Shown piece after piece: positions 40,376-54,861 of a stretch of DNA of 64,000 bases (positions within the stretch are counted from its first letter, which is position 1; each line of letters opens with the position of its first letter). A program made the position numbers and the translations under genes. The notes beneath the pieces were generated by a model. It had not been told where the DNA came from. It was given only the letters and a program-made list of their open reading frames with translations, and did no database searches. Origin of the DNA: Trichoplax sp. H2. Taxonomy: Eukaryota. The stretch spans positions 434,001 through 498,000 of the forward strand of contig NOWV01000018.1 in NCBI GenBank assembly GCA_003344405.1. Direction: 5' to 3'.

Positions 40376-43300
40376 CATTTCCTACGACAAAAAATACTGT
40401 CATGAATAACATGATCATTCAGTCTCTTCTTTTTCCTTCAGTCTTGAGCCAAATGTTGTTGATAGACTGACGAAGAGGTAATAACTTTAGCCAATATTAA
40501 GCTACTATATAGTTTATCTACTTGAGATACGATGACGTAAAATTTAAATATTCATGACGGGAAGATCTGTAAACAACTACTTTATTCCCCGATCCTTTTC
40601 ATCCATTTTGACAGCCAGTATGATAACTAGGACTATTGTTTAGTAGAATGGAATAGTATGAATAATATTGTTTCAATTAAAAACAAATAGAACAATCTAC
40701 TTATTCCATATTTTCTAACATCATTTCTATACACTTATTCAGGACTGATTCCTACACTTTAGGCTAGATCGGATGAATAGATCTAGCCTTCCATGAGTTG
40801 TGGGAGTAGTTATAAAAGTGACGAGCCGGCCATGATACAGCATTTTAATTAAAATTCATTAATAAATGACGAAATCTACAGTACTTACTGACCTTGAAGA
40901 TTATAGAGCAATTTTGAATCATCGATTTAGTATTTTCTATCATGAATCCAATCGACGAATCCAATCACCCTCCATCATTGAAATAATCTCAGTTATATGC
41001 TAGTGGAAATTTGAAGAAAGAAAATTGAATTAACCTTGATAATTCCTCGTTGATCATGGCTACAGTAGGCATGAATATAACTGTTCAGGTTAGATATTAT
41101 CCAATTTTAGTTTGTAAGCTTTTTTACGCGTAAAGATGCAGAATAATACTCATTATCACAATCATGACATTGAATCAATAGAAAGACAGTAGAGGAGTAA
41201 TAAAAAGTCTCTGAAAATATACAGTAAATTCATTTAAAATTATAATGAACAAGGGAGCGAATCTATTGCAGTAAAATCATCTGAGTCATTTTGGGCCCGT
41301 TACATCTAAATAATTTGATGATTGCAAATGAAAGAAATGAATGTTGATATTTCTGTTTCACTTTTTAATTACTATGATAGTTTTAGCACTTATTTCGCCA
41401 CAATTTATTAATAATTGGAGATGATTAAGTCGTAAAAATTTCTCAATACTAAAGTTAAATCTTTCGAATTTTTAACCTACCCTTCATATCTAATGTGTAG
41501 GATTATAGTTAAGTGGAGAAGTACATATTAATTCTTCTTCCCTTCTTACACAATCTATCACGTTTGCAACAGTAATGGCATCGATTTTAATTTAGTTAAA
41601 CTAATCTTAAATGTTACCGTACAATCTTCCTCATTCTATAATGGAAGATGATTCATTCCTAATTTTACAAAGACAAAGATAAATCCTTCCAATTTTATTT
41701 TATCCATCACGATCAAATCGTCGAATTGCCGCAAGCTGTAAATTTTGATGTTGATTTTTGTCTCACATCCAAGCATTTTACCATCAGTTGCAAACAATAT
41801 TGAAAACTTAGATCAAATTTTTCCCATCATATAAGAGTAAATGATTATTAGTAAAACTTTACAACACTACAGTTCAATTATTTTAATTGTTCTTTATCTG
41901 GCGTATTGAGATAGTTTGGAGATAGAAATTCGGATAAATAAAGAATCTTTGTGTGTATCTGACGAAGATTAGCATGTTAATTACAGTAACAGCATCAAAT
42001 CCACTTTACTTAAACCGATATCGAATATTGATATCAAGCTATTCCTATTAAAAATTAGTAGAAGACTTGTTTCCAAGGTGCTAAAATGCTACAGATAAAT
42101 CATCTTGCTTTTATTGTGCCCATGCTATAATTTGATTATGGTGAATTAAACGAGTTTATATTGATTCTTTTTTCGTCTCTTATACACACCATTACGCCAA
42201 CAACAGCAAAGGTATCGATTTTAATACAACTGAGCCTCGGTAGAAATTTATATCCAATCCTTCTTGTTTTACAATTAGAGATGAATGACTTAAAGGTCTT
42301 ACAACACCAAAACTACCTAAAAATTTCGAACGAACATTCCAAGTGGAACATAGCATTCTCTTGAAATCAATTGGCTTATAAACTCAATAATTTCAGTAAA
42401 AGATAAGTCGAAAGGAGATGATTTCAATTTAAAAGGAATAATTACTCCATAATAGTCTTCAATAATTGATATCTTGCATGCAAGTATGTTGTAGTGGATA
42501 ATGACTATAATCACTTTCTATCGCTCAGCCAGTTTGTTAAAGAATATTAAATTCATTTTGATTACTTAAATTTAAACGGAATTTAGATTTTACTGTCGAT
42601 GACGTTAGTCGAACTCATTTATTCGAAACTACAAATCATAAGTGATTAGCAGGCGCTTGTGTATTCGAATTAGAGCAAACCTAATTCAATATTATAGTTA
42701 TTTTGACAGTGTCCTAACCTCTTGTTCAAAATGATGGTATTCGCTCAATACCTTAATTAAATGGCGAAATTGACATTATCATCAATGACTACAGTTTACG
42801 GATAGTTTCCGGTTAAGTTTTCGCGGAAGTATCAGAATTTTTAGGCGGTCGTTGACATTTATTAATCAACTCAACTAAAAGTAAAGCCTTGCCACACAGA
42901 TCGAGCTTTACTATACTCTCAGTACTTTAATAAGTAGCATTTAAACATCACTTTCAAACTTGCTTGAGATTAAAACTAATTAAATGCTTGCTCGTAGCTA
43001 GAGAAGTCAAATTACAATTATTAGGTCCAGCTAAAAATATTTGCCCAAACTTTTATTTGCATATTTTATGATGTCGAAAGGCATTAAGCTACAATTAAGA
43101 TATTGAACGCTTCTGTTTTGAACGGAAAACATCGCATAATCTTCGTGTACCATTGCTATCTTTCGAGTGCTAAGGCTGATATAAGTAGCAAGATTACTTC
43201 ATATTTAAATATAGCTTTTAAAATTAAATCACTTCATTACCGTGAATAATATCGATATAATAGTGCTTGAGTATCTATCTAGTTGCTCATACGTATAGTG

Positions 43301-43457
43301 GAGGAGTAATCGTTACCCATACTCCTAATCTACGAGAATTAAGACTTTAAAATCAAGATCGTTAATAATAATGTAAATTTCTAAATTTTGATGCAATAAT
43401 CAGTTGCATTACTCATACGCATAAGTAACGATGTTTAAATACTTTAAGGCATGCATT

Positions 43458-46400
43458 ATGCAAGAACTAATATCAATATTAATGGTAAAGTAAGCTTTAC
43501 TAGTTTGATCATTTATGCAGTTGTTCATCATGTATTTTAACTCAGATATTTTTGATTGTGGCTACGCAGTTTATAATCGAATTAAACAAAATTTAAAGCT
43601 ATAATCTATCGTTATGCAAAAATACTTATTTATTCTAATCAAAATATTTTCACGGCTGCAATTCTCATCTACAGATACTAAATATTAATACACTATGGCA
43701 GGAATTAGAGGTAAGAACGATTTAATAATGACAAATCACTATTATCAACTCATCCTATTTTTATATTGATTAGTTGCTTGTCTTAATCTTACATTTGCAA
43801 AATTTGATAGTCTTACAATCCAGCAAATCTTCAACCTGTAATGTTGGCATATGTGGAAAATCTTGGGTAATTTCATGTCTTGTTATATCTTGCTATAAGT
43901 ACTACACTATCTAGCTATCTAAGATATTGACAGAAGCAAAATTTAAGCAACCGTATTTTAACAAACAGTATCCTATTAATTATGAACTTGTTATGTCTTT
44001 AAACACTTCTTAACGTAAATAAATATATTTTAAACTCAAGGAGGATTGTTTCGGAACTGATCTCAGTGGCAATTGATAATAGCCTAGCTACCTATTGCCA
44101 TTCCTTAGTAATGGAAGATGTCGTTAGGTTTGTTCTAAGAATCTAACTTCATGTAACGTTTCAACCATAACTACAAGTGAACTGAGACAATTGATATATC
44201 TGGAGATTCAGTGATAAGTAAATAGCTTTAAATATTTCGTTTGATTATTTTAGTCAAGTAGATCACGACAGCCAGCACGATCCATTCTTCCTTGTCCGGT
44301 AATCATATAGGACATCTGCATATTAATATCGACTTTTTAGTAATTCTTCGGCAATATTTATTGCTACATACGTATTACTTCTAGTGATCGATTACTGGCT
44401 AAACTTATTTCTATTTTGGAAAATTTCGACGAGTAAGTCAATCCATACTAAATTATTATAAAAATTGGCTGTAATGTATACTATCTGAACAATTCATTGA
44501 CACAAACTGTACTCATTCTCGTTGCGGCTTTCAGTTTCGAATTGCAGATGGAAACTACAAAAGTTATAATCACGTTTATCGATTATTACCATGGATATGT
44601 GGTCTTTCAATGTCCAAATATTGAATCAGGTAATCGTTTTTAAAATAAAATCGACAAAGTTAATTTTTTAAATATAAAAACCATACGTCTATATTTCAAT
44701 GTGAGCTGATGATCTCACATTTATAGTGTACGTTGTTATAAATATGACTGATTGTATTTGCAGTAAGATTTTATGCTAGAGTCACAATAATAAAGTATGG
44801 CTAGTGCTATAAATTCTAATGGAATTGTAATATTTGGTGATGGTTATCGGTACCCTAACCTTGTAACGTGATTTAAATATGTTTTATTTTAGACGATATG
44901 AGAACTCTCATTTCGCTTATCTCATCTCCATATGAAGAAATAGCCTTAAAATCGATGAAGATTATCCAGACATATAACACTACAAAAACCTATACAGGTT
45001 TAAATGCAAATAAACTTTTTTAATATCATTAGAATGAAATTCTAACTTTCTCAAAGGATACCAGCTAAACTAGAAGTCTTCTTACCATTAATGCGTTGAT
45101 TTACCAATTAGCCTCTTATCGCGTGCCATGTTTACATCTAGGAGAGCATCTAGTTCTAAAATGTGGTTTAATGCGAGAATTAGCCAAAGTAGCTACTATC
45201 AGTAAATCGGTAAGCTATAGCTAAATATATTATATGCGTATTATCTTTGGTTATTATACCCACGAAAGTATCATTTAGCAGAATTAATGAGTTAAGTCTA
45301 CTTTTTATATTTATATTTTTAGACTGCGTTCCTTCAAAGCGTTGCTGCAACCATTAATACTTTGGATTGGACAGTCTTTCGTAGCTTTAAGGATTACCAT
45401 GCTGACGTAAGATATCTCAATTTTTTGTATTCTCTTAGTAAATTCACTTTATATAGTACATGTACCAATGTTTCATAATCCATGGGATAATAAGATTATG
45501 ATAATTTTATCACTATAGCTTGGGATCACTATTTCTATTCTAATGCAATCCAACAATATACAGGTTATTATTTCACTACTAAGAATATTCTATTTTTCCC
45601 CGTATACTCTATTGTGTGTATTTATACTACAGAAATATATCCATGGCAATGTATTTACTACGGAAAACGCTATTAAAGTAATAATTTAATCTAACAAGCT
45701 TATGATAATTGATTCATTTAGGTCCTACGAATGACAATTAAAGCACTGACTAAAATGACAAAATTTGATTCACAACATGTTAGGGTATGTTGATAACAAT
45801 TTTCTTGCTGAATCTTGTATACATATATGTACATGATCATTTCCTTAACTTTGATGCTATGTTTTATATCTGTCACATATAAATGTTGCTTACTCCTATG
45901 TTCGCCTTGGATTAATATCACTGCATCAAATATTTGCCATCATTAATTTTCCTATTTGATTACATTATCTATAATAGGAAGTTTTTCAGTCCTTGCCAGT
46001 GACGTTAGAAGTTCTAAAAAGCGAATCACCGCGTTTATTTGTAAGAAAAGTGTGAAAAGCACGATAGTATCCCTCAAAATCGGATATGACTAACTATATA
46101 TTTACATTATTTTGTTAGGATATTACCGTAAAACTACTAGAACTCATTGCAAGAAGAGTTCGATTTCGTTCACAAACGAAGGTGATTAAATAGATTTAAG
46201 ACTGTTACAGGGTCAGAGATAATTCTCTGCTGGCTAATATGATAGTGATAGTGAAATTATAAATACATACTAAATTAATGTGTGTTTGATACAAGTATTA
46301 ATATTAGTCTTAATTTACAAACATAATGACTACTGATACATTAATTTTATAATTGTATAAAAATGGCTGCTATTTTATCGTATTTACAGTTATTAATTGG

Positions 46401-48328
46401 TTCCAAAATCATAATTTACCTGAAAACAATGCTACAGAATCCAGGCTTTTGCAATATATCACAATTTCGAGTAAGAATCAAAATACCAATTTGCATTATT
46501 ATTATCTTTAATATAGAAATAAATATTCCTAAGCTGTCTTTCAATTGGATGGATTACTTATTAATACAATGATCCGTATTGTTTAGGTACTTTTTAAGGT
46601 GCTAGATGATTTTTCCGCAACAAATGATGCCCTATTACAAGTAAGAATGATGTGATAGTACAATATTTAATTAGATGGATATATTTGCATTTTCATAAAC
46701 TGTATCTTATATTAATTAGACTATCATACAAAGATATATATTCAGTCTATTATAATACCTACAGAACATATCAATTTTAAGTTTTTCTAAACTACCAATT
46801 TCAAATTATTATTTGGTATGGCACTTTAATTTAGCTTCTATAAAAGCAGTCAATTTATTCAATTTATATTATAGTAGCTCTGATTTAGTATGTCCTAATG
46901 AACAACTTCAAAATTTTTGTGGAGCATAGTCCTAGTATTTAGGTTGAATTATAAATACCACTACTAGAACTTAAACGGTGCTATAGATATTAACATCTTA
47001 TTGAATTCTTACGCTATAATAAAATTTAGGCCGCTAGGGATTCTGTTTCAAGATTTAAAATCAGTTTACTAAATTAGAATTTAAGCTATATTGTAACAGC
47101 TATATTCCGCATAGCTTCTCTATTAAATTCACTTAGTTAGAATAATCAGCTGTTTATTTTCAAGTATAGTCTATACTGAGATTTCTTTACCTGCTTGAAG
47201 AATTTGACTGAAATTTATATGATTCACATTTAATATACTTTGCATATATCAATTATATCCCAAAAATACGCTTGTGATTAATTTACTATAAATTTCAGTG
47301 CCGTTTAATATATGATAATATTCATTTCGTGATCCATTTACAATTATAGAAGCTCATTAGCGATTCTGAAACTTTAACTACAATTCTATCCTGCGCCGAA
47401 CAAGTAAGATATTTTTTATTAGTATTGCTAAATTGGCACAGTACGTATTTTAAGCAATATATGTATCCTGATTTACTATAATTATAGGACTTCATCTATT
47501 TTCGAACAACGGCTTGGAGTATTGTATTTCGAATTATAACTACTGCCACCTCAGAACAAGTAATAAATTAGTATTAGATCATCAATGCATGTTTATTACT
47601 GTTTTCATAATCCACATTATTTATCTAAACGGTTTCTGTATTGAATATCTTGACAGATCCAATATTTGCTAGATCAATCTAATCTGAAATATTATCTTTG
47701 TAACCAATTACTAAATACAGCTAGCATTGAGGTAAATCATTTCACACTCCTATCCAAATAATCATTTAATCTACTTCTGTACATATATAGTTTCAATAAA
47801 TATGACGTTATTGACAAGCATATGAAAAAAAGTAATTAAATTGATAAATCAAAAGCATATATCAATAATATAACTAAAAATTACTGCTATTAGAATCTTC
47901 GCAAAACCCTAAATGCTATGGCTACAATAGCTACCAAGTGCAAGGTAGCATTAATATTTATATCATTTCCTTTATTACCTAATAAAATCCCCATGGTTAT
48001 GAAATACGTTAATTATTTACTTTTTATATATCGATTTAACAGCGATTTCCAAGCTTGTCCGATGATATGAAAGCAACTGGTAATTATAACTTGTAAAACT
48101 TATTGATTCAATATTAAATGCTTACTTAAGCTTATTGCTCGATTTTGATTTAATTTCAACTTTCTCGGACATATTATTTCATCTATTCGATTAGTAATAT
48201 CTAGAATTGACGCTATATACAAGGAAAACCGCGATATTAATTCTATATCTGAACCAGCTCAGAAATTACGACGTCTCATGAAAACGAAAAAGGTTAAAAA
48301 ATTCGATATCGGATGTACAATAACTTAA
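43458..48328 (+). CDS. Divergent importin-alpha-like ARM-repeat protein, paralog D
   Basis: Spliced frame from exon 43675-43710: ILNINTLWQELE / SYNPANLQPVMLAYVENL / RIVSELI.. / DRLLAKLISILENFD / FELQMETTKVII.. / DMRTLISLISSPYEEIALKSMKIIQTY.. / GEHLVLKCGLMRELAKVATISKS / TAFLQSVAATINTL.. / LGITISILMQSNNIQ / .. / KLISDSETLTTILSCAEQ / DFIYFRTTAWSIVFRIITTATSEQ (cf. GDFxTQKEAAWAIxN..SG..EQ) / IQYLLDQSNLKYYLCNQL.. / VISRIDAIYKENRD..KLRRLMKTKKVKKFDIGCTIT*. The first exon (43458-43484) is a guess. Confidence 0.82.
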
Positions 48329-50984
48329 ATTTTCACCAAGAATATCAACAAAAATTGTATATTAGAATATTTATACTCTTCAAAATAATCTACCGGTCTA
48401 TTGATGTAATATGTGACGATAAAATCTCCCATCTATTGTGTAAATTAAACTCTACAGTATCATTTTACCAATTTCGACCATAAACTTTTCAATTCTCATT
48501 GTACTATAAATGAATCTATTAACATTTTAGATTATATCATGATATCTTGTATATTAAATATGTATAAGAATACATGTAAGAAAGAAGCACTCTGTCCAGC
48601 TGTTAATAAAGTTATTCCATAGTAAGCCAATTTGAGTATGGTCATTTGATATATGAGTAACAAATTCATCTGCCTGCTTCTTATAATGCTGACCAGTAGA
48701 ATCTGTATAATGGAGGAGATATTTATTTATATATCTAATTATTAGGAAGATTGAAGATTTATTAGCTTTGCTCGTATATGCATTTGCTATGACTCTATAA
48801 TACCGATTAGAGAAAATCAATTCTACTAATTTATAGTCGATTATTTTTGTAAACAGGTAAATTGCACAGCTTAACATTTAAACTTAGTCCATTATTCCCA
48901 TTTCTTGTCTAGCACTTGCACCGTTGTATTATAGATATAATGGATATAACTTGTCCTTTATGTCATAAGATATTAGGATAATTTATCGCACCTTATCCTG
49001 ACAGTACAGAAGTTAGATCCCGTACTTATGATAGCATTCTATGAGTTGACATTCCGCAATATAAGCATTTATAAGTATGCTTTAAGGATGATTAAGCAAT
49101 CTTCCCAGAGAAAAGAGGCGAAGAATTTAGAGAAAGAAGCAGTATTTGTAATCAAAATTAATTGTAGTGAATCAATTAATACGGAGAGCTGATTAAAATA
49201 TTGGTTATGAACAAGGAGAATCATCAGACTAGTAAATTAAAGTACGAGACTTTAATTTGACATCAAGTTGTCAGTATTACGTCTCATTGGTTCCAAGATA
49301 GCTACTACTAGCAGGCAGTGCAGTATAAGCAGCTATTGGAATGTTGCCAGCCTTCATATATCAGCTAACAGTAGCTTATCTAACGTTTATTTTCTTTTGC
49401 GAAATGTGTTCTCTGATCTTATAGCTCGATCTAAAGCATTTGCCGAAAGCGGAATACTATTCCAACTCTTTTGCTTGCTTAATTTGTTATTAACTAACGA
49501 TGCATGCAAAACCATTTAATGTAATTAGACCAGACTCACTTGCTCGCTATCTAATTCACATAAAGGTGTAAGGCGGTGTAGTAGGATACTCGATATAATC
49601 TAATCAAATTATTATAGTTGTAATGTTAAGGAGTTATTAATCTATGACAATTTGTCCAGCCATCATGTACGTACCTTCCGTATCTGCGATAGGGTATGAA
49701 TGAAATATCTGAATATGTATTAATACCCGGCTACCATGGAGAAATTTTGTTCACCCACATAGGGAAACTCACTATCAGTCATTCCACCGCTACGAAAAAC
49801 AAATCTATCTAATGATGCAATCGCCTTTTAATACTTCAACATGTCTTTAAAAATTTGAATATGGGAGTTCACGAACCGGTTAGCCAAGAAAATCGATCCG
49901 AAATCCTAAATTATCAGTCGAATTCCGTTTTACCATTTTGTGTGTAAGTTATAATATTAATTCAGTAGTGTATCACTTACGACAGGCAATTGCATTTTCT
50001 AACCTACATATTATAAATTTATTTTTCATATCATATAATTAAATCAATCTACAATTCGATTCAATTTGATTAACGTTCCTTGGCAGTAAATACGACATTA
50101 CATTCTTGATTAATGTTAGTAGCGCAAAATAACCACATTATATTATCTATCAGGTATTGAGGCTAAATACTCATAAAGCGTTCGTACAATACAACTTATT
50201 TTCTTGTATAATTACCGATACTATAAATAATGTCGCAGTGTATTTAAAAATAATAATGCAACATGGCCAATAACGACGGTACAATTGAGGCGCTTCATAG
50301 GTACCGTAAAATGTGATGTAGATTGTACAATATAAATTTTTAAAAATAATGCCACATTATAATTACTGATAGCGTATTATATCAATTCAAAAGTACTAAA
50401 AAATCGGCTGATGCCTATTTGGCAGTATTTTAAACATTACAGTTGATATCTGCGTAAGTGATACAAATAGTATTGGTATAACAATATAAATCACCCAAGC
50501 AAACCTAAAGATTATGATATACAAAAAATTTTTCTTTCTTGCTGATATAAATTTATAAGGCGCTTATTGAAAATAACCATCTACGCAAAACTTTTAAATT
50601 ACAATTTATGCCAATAAGAATGCCATTTTTAAATTCAGCAACAATCTATTATATGCCAACCTTATACGGTCTTAGTCAGCGACGTCATCGTACAATAGCT
50701 AGTATTGGTTATTGTATAAAAACTAAAGATAGTGCTATATTACAATAATCGTTAGTTAGCTGGAGGAATCATTTATAACAACGGTGCTCGTCTAATCCAT
50801 TATATTTTCTACATTAACAACTCCACACAAAGCATACAATAATATCAGCATTTGCAAAACTACTGCTTGTTTAAAATTTCTCTAGTGAAATAATAACAAC
50901 AGTAATTTGTAATTCGCTGCAACGGAGTCATAGCTATATGAAAAATTAAACAATGGCTGGGAATAGCCAATAAGCTTGTAACCA

Positions 50985-53900
50985 TTAACGTACAGCAGTT
51001 ATGAACTTATATCTTAGTAAATCTCCTGCACTTGGTCTTGACTTAGTATCTCTAGTAACGATAAAGAAAATTTGTTATAACAGCAATTTAAAATTTCATA
51101 ATTAGCTGTAAATGATATTAATACCGTCTGAATGTTGCCCTTATAAACTCTTTAGCAGATTCTGAACTATGTTCCGGTAATGAAGGATAGATCTGTTCAG
51201 TAGCAATCTTGAAGACTGCCGCTAACGGTTCATATTCACGCAAAGGAGGATGAGCTGTTAACATCTCAACAACCGTGCAACCGACGCTCCTAAAAACATT
51301 TAACACAACACGTTCAGTATCTAGTATTAACGACATTGCTTTTGTGATATACATACCAAATGTCAGCCTTTCTACCATAGCCTTCGCCTTTTGCAACTTC
51401 TGGACTAATCCAATACGATGTACCATGAAGTGATTTAAGTCCACTCATTGTTTGCAATGACTACGATAAATTAAAGAAATGTATACTATACTATCAGCGT
51501 TATCAACAAATAAAATTACTGAATCAGTAATCATCTGCAAAATCGGTATATTTTATTTCATTTTAACCTTAATTCTTCTTGCAGACCCAAAATCAGCTAA
51601 TTTCACATTTCCGTAACTATCTAATAAAATATTCGCTCCTAAAATAAAGTTAGAGGATTAATACATTAAAATATCACACATGATACCATCATTTGGATAT
51701 AATATTAAAATTAATCGATTGCCTTTAATATCGCGATGAACTATCAAATTAGAATGAAGATACGCTACTCCTTCCAGTATTTGTCTTGTATATTTCCTCG
51801 TAGTACTTTCAGGCAAGACACCATTTTTCCGAAGGTACTCAAATATCGAGCCCTAAATTGGAGAAATGCAATTATTTCACAATGAAAAAGTACCCAAAAT
51901 TTACGATATCCTCACGTACGCCGGGCATATATTCCATTAAGATAGACAACTCTATTTCATTATATTCGGCTCCATAATAAGAAACGATTCTATCATGTCT
52001 TAATTTTCGTAGTAATTCAATCTCTGCTTTTAGAGCTTCTACTTCCTAAAGTCAAAAGATCATGAAAACATTGTAACACCAATGAAAAAAGTATAAAGAA
52101 AATTTAGTTAACTAAATACCTTGCGTGCATGATCATTACTATATGTCTTAACTTGCTTTATAGCAATATAGCGCTTATTGGTCTTGTCATAGCCCAAATA
52201 TACCTGTACAACATTAAATATATGTTAATCTAAAAATATCAACATAGGCAGTGAATAATTGGTATGACTAATGATTTTCCAACTAGACTCACTTGGCCAA
52301 ACGCGCCAGCACCTAACAGCTTCTCCTTTTGCCATCTAAATGATTTTGCTGAGAAAATAATCAACAAATATAAGATCTAAATTCGTGGAAGAAAGAAATA
52401 TATTTGTTGTATTAAACTTACGATCTGATGTTGTTAAATCACGCAGTCGTTGTAAAGCAACATCAACATCGCTAGGTCTTCTATTACCAATTCCCCCATT
52501 CCACTGTTCATGATCATGTAGGCTACCACTACTACCGTAATATTCACTATTTGATACGCTATTAACTGACAAAAGCTGAGCTCGAGGAAATGTTTGTCTT
52601 CCTACAAAGAAAACATATACAACACTCATAACGTAAGACATAAAACAGCAAATTTAGAAATAATTCTATTGCATGCATAGCCAAGCCTACCGTCAATATA
52701 GCTTTCATCGGTAATGGTATTATCATATACAAATCTTCTACTAGGAAAAGTACCCGATTTTCCACTTAATTCTAAGAGAAAATTGTTCAATAAAAATCGA
52801 AATTGAGACAATAATTAAAGTCGTTTAATAGCTTACCTGCATAATCGTAAGACGAATTATCCCACCCTCGATTAACTCTGGAGGTTGATCGAGAAATATT
52901 TTCACTTTAAGGGATAAAGGATAATTAAAATTAAAATCATATTGAACACTTTAGCGTAGTCTATAAGCTAAGGTTTACCCTGAGTGTCCCCCAGTAATTG
53001 ATAGTTGGCTGCTGTTAAGAGATGAAGATGATCCTATCGAGCTTAGATCTGAACTTGACACTCCATACTGTCAGTAGTTATGCATAATAGAATCATCAGA
53101 ACATGCTTGGAGATTCACTACTTAGCATTAACAATATTTTCTTACCTTACCTCAGTAAGAATTTAATGATTACTGATTTTCGTATCTACTGGCTAATAAC
53201 TAATAAGTTAAAAAATTACAAACCTGTCCTGCTACCACTGGAGGCGAAGTTGGAGGGAATTGGTGTTGTGAATCGTCCTACAAATGTTAAAATTGAGAAA
53301 GGTTTAAAAATAGCAGATGACTTTTGAGGATGTATTGTAATTTCATGAATAATAGCATACCTTATTAGCATAATTTTCAGGTATAAAAGTTCCTTCACCC
53401 TACATATAATAACAGTAACCGAAATTTGATTTATTATATCACCGCTAACAGCTAAATTACATTACTAGAGATGTAGCGAGCTAAAATCAAAAGCATACAG
53501 CAATTAAATGAACAGGTGTCTGAATTTCTTCATCCGGATTAAATCCAGGAGGTGGAGAATCTCTACCAGGTATTTCTTGGACTGCGTTAGTAGACTTTAT
53601 GTCAAAAGTTTTCGCTTTCAACGTTCCCTCTTTATCTATATCATCATATAATTGTACGCTATCGCCTTCAGTTGTTCCATCCGTATCATTCTAAAACATC
53701 AGAGGGGTAAATTAAATTGCATGATGCGTATTCGTAAACTGACTATATCATGCAGTCAGGAATAAAAATTTCACATGTACGAATGAGTACCTGAGATTCA
53801 TCGCAATCATTAACAATTACTTCAGATGAGTAAGAATTAGTTTCTGATGTATCTGAAATCGTTAATAGAATCCTGACACACGTGGCATTGGGGTTATTCA

Positions 53901-54861
53901 TAGAGATATCAACAACTTTGTCGACATGCGACTGTGAAAGAATTGGCGTCATAATCATCTACGAGCATAGAAAAATTATCAAATATTATTAGTTGAGATG
54001 TAATATAAAGTTCGAATCTTTAAAATGTATCATGAAGAATTTTCATATCAAATTACGTGTATTAATGTTGTATAATAGAATAGTTAAAGAAAGAAGTAGT
54101 AGTCCTAGATCAAAAATGCTGATAAGAATATCAACTATACCTCAGCTTCATTCATTACAAAGTTCATCGCTAAATCTCTACCAAACAATTTTCTCACACG
54201 AATAGCAAGATCTTCATATTGTAATGGCCGGGGAAGTTGACAAACTCTACACAAGTTTAACAGTTAATTATTACAATGATACTAATATAGTAATTAGTTT
54301 TTTATTTCCACATATACAACGTTAGAAGCAGTATTAGGCGCCCGATAGATTTAATAAATCAAATATATATTTGCAGACTGTATCTTATAAAATTGAAAAG
54401 TTCAAAATTTATAGATATAGATTTAAATCAAGTGATAACAGTTTTATTGTACAATGTAGATCACTGTATCTAACATACACTCTTCAAGAACTACAACAGT
54501 TACCATAATGTACAACACTACTACTGTACTTACCGTTTTTCATATTGGTACTGAAATTTGACCCGGATATCATTCTAAGTATATAAATGAGAATAACAAA
54601 TAAATAATGTCTTGCTAAGATAGAGTAATTTAATTTTGCAATACAATTCCACCATAGTAAATATTAGCTTTGCACTAAAACTCAAGAAAGCTAGTTTATA
54701 TTTAATAGCATGTTATAATAACACCGATTTAAATAGGGGAAAATAAATACAAACCTGCCATGGCAATCCATCGTGCCTTATAGTAGGCCTATTTCTTACG
54801 CCAACTCGTATAGCTGGCATTGTATGACTAGGCCTAGATGCTCCCCTGACATGTCTGTCGC
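50985..54861 (-). CDS. MAP3K2/3: MEKK2/MEKK3-type mitogen-activated protein kinase kinase kinase (PB1 + STE11-type kinase domain); start exon not located
   Basis: PB1 domain [42 protein letters not shown]. Linker motifs [22 protein letters not shown] and GRQTFPR, as in MEKK2/3. Kinase [84 protein letters not shown]. Confidence 0.93.

Noticed and set aside
40880-42520. Coding-looking stretches
   Set aside because: Frequent stops and no recognisable motif; possibly a decayed gene or element.
42825-42835. ETS/E2F-like motifs upstream of paralog D (also TGCGCATGCAAAT near 18299, upstream of B)
   Set aside because: These short motifs can arise by chance, and no TSS data support a promoter call.
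48554-49800. Candidate minus-strand exons (TDSTGQHYKKQADEF.., GGMTDSEFPYVGE..)
   Set aside because: They could not be joined or assigned to a family, and may be 3' UTR or intergenic sequence.
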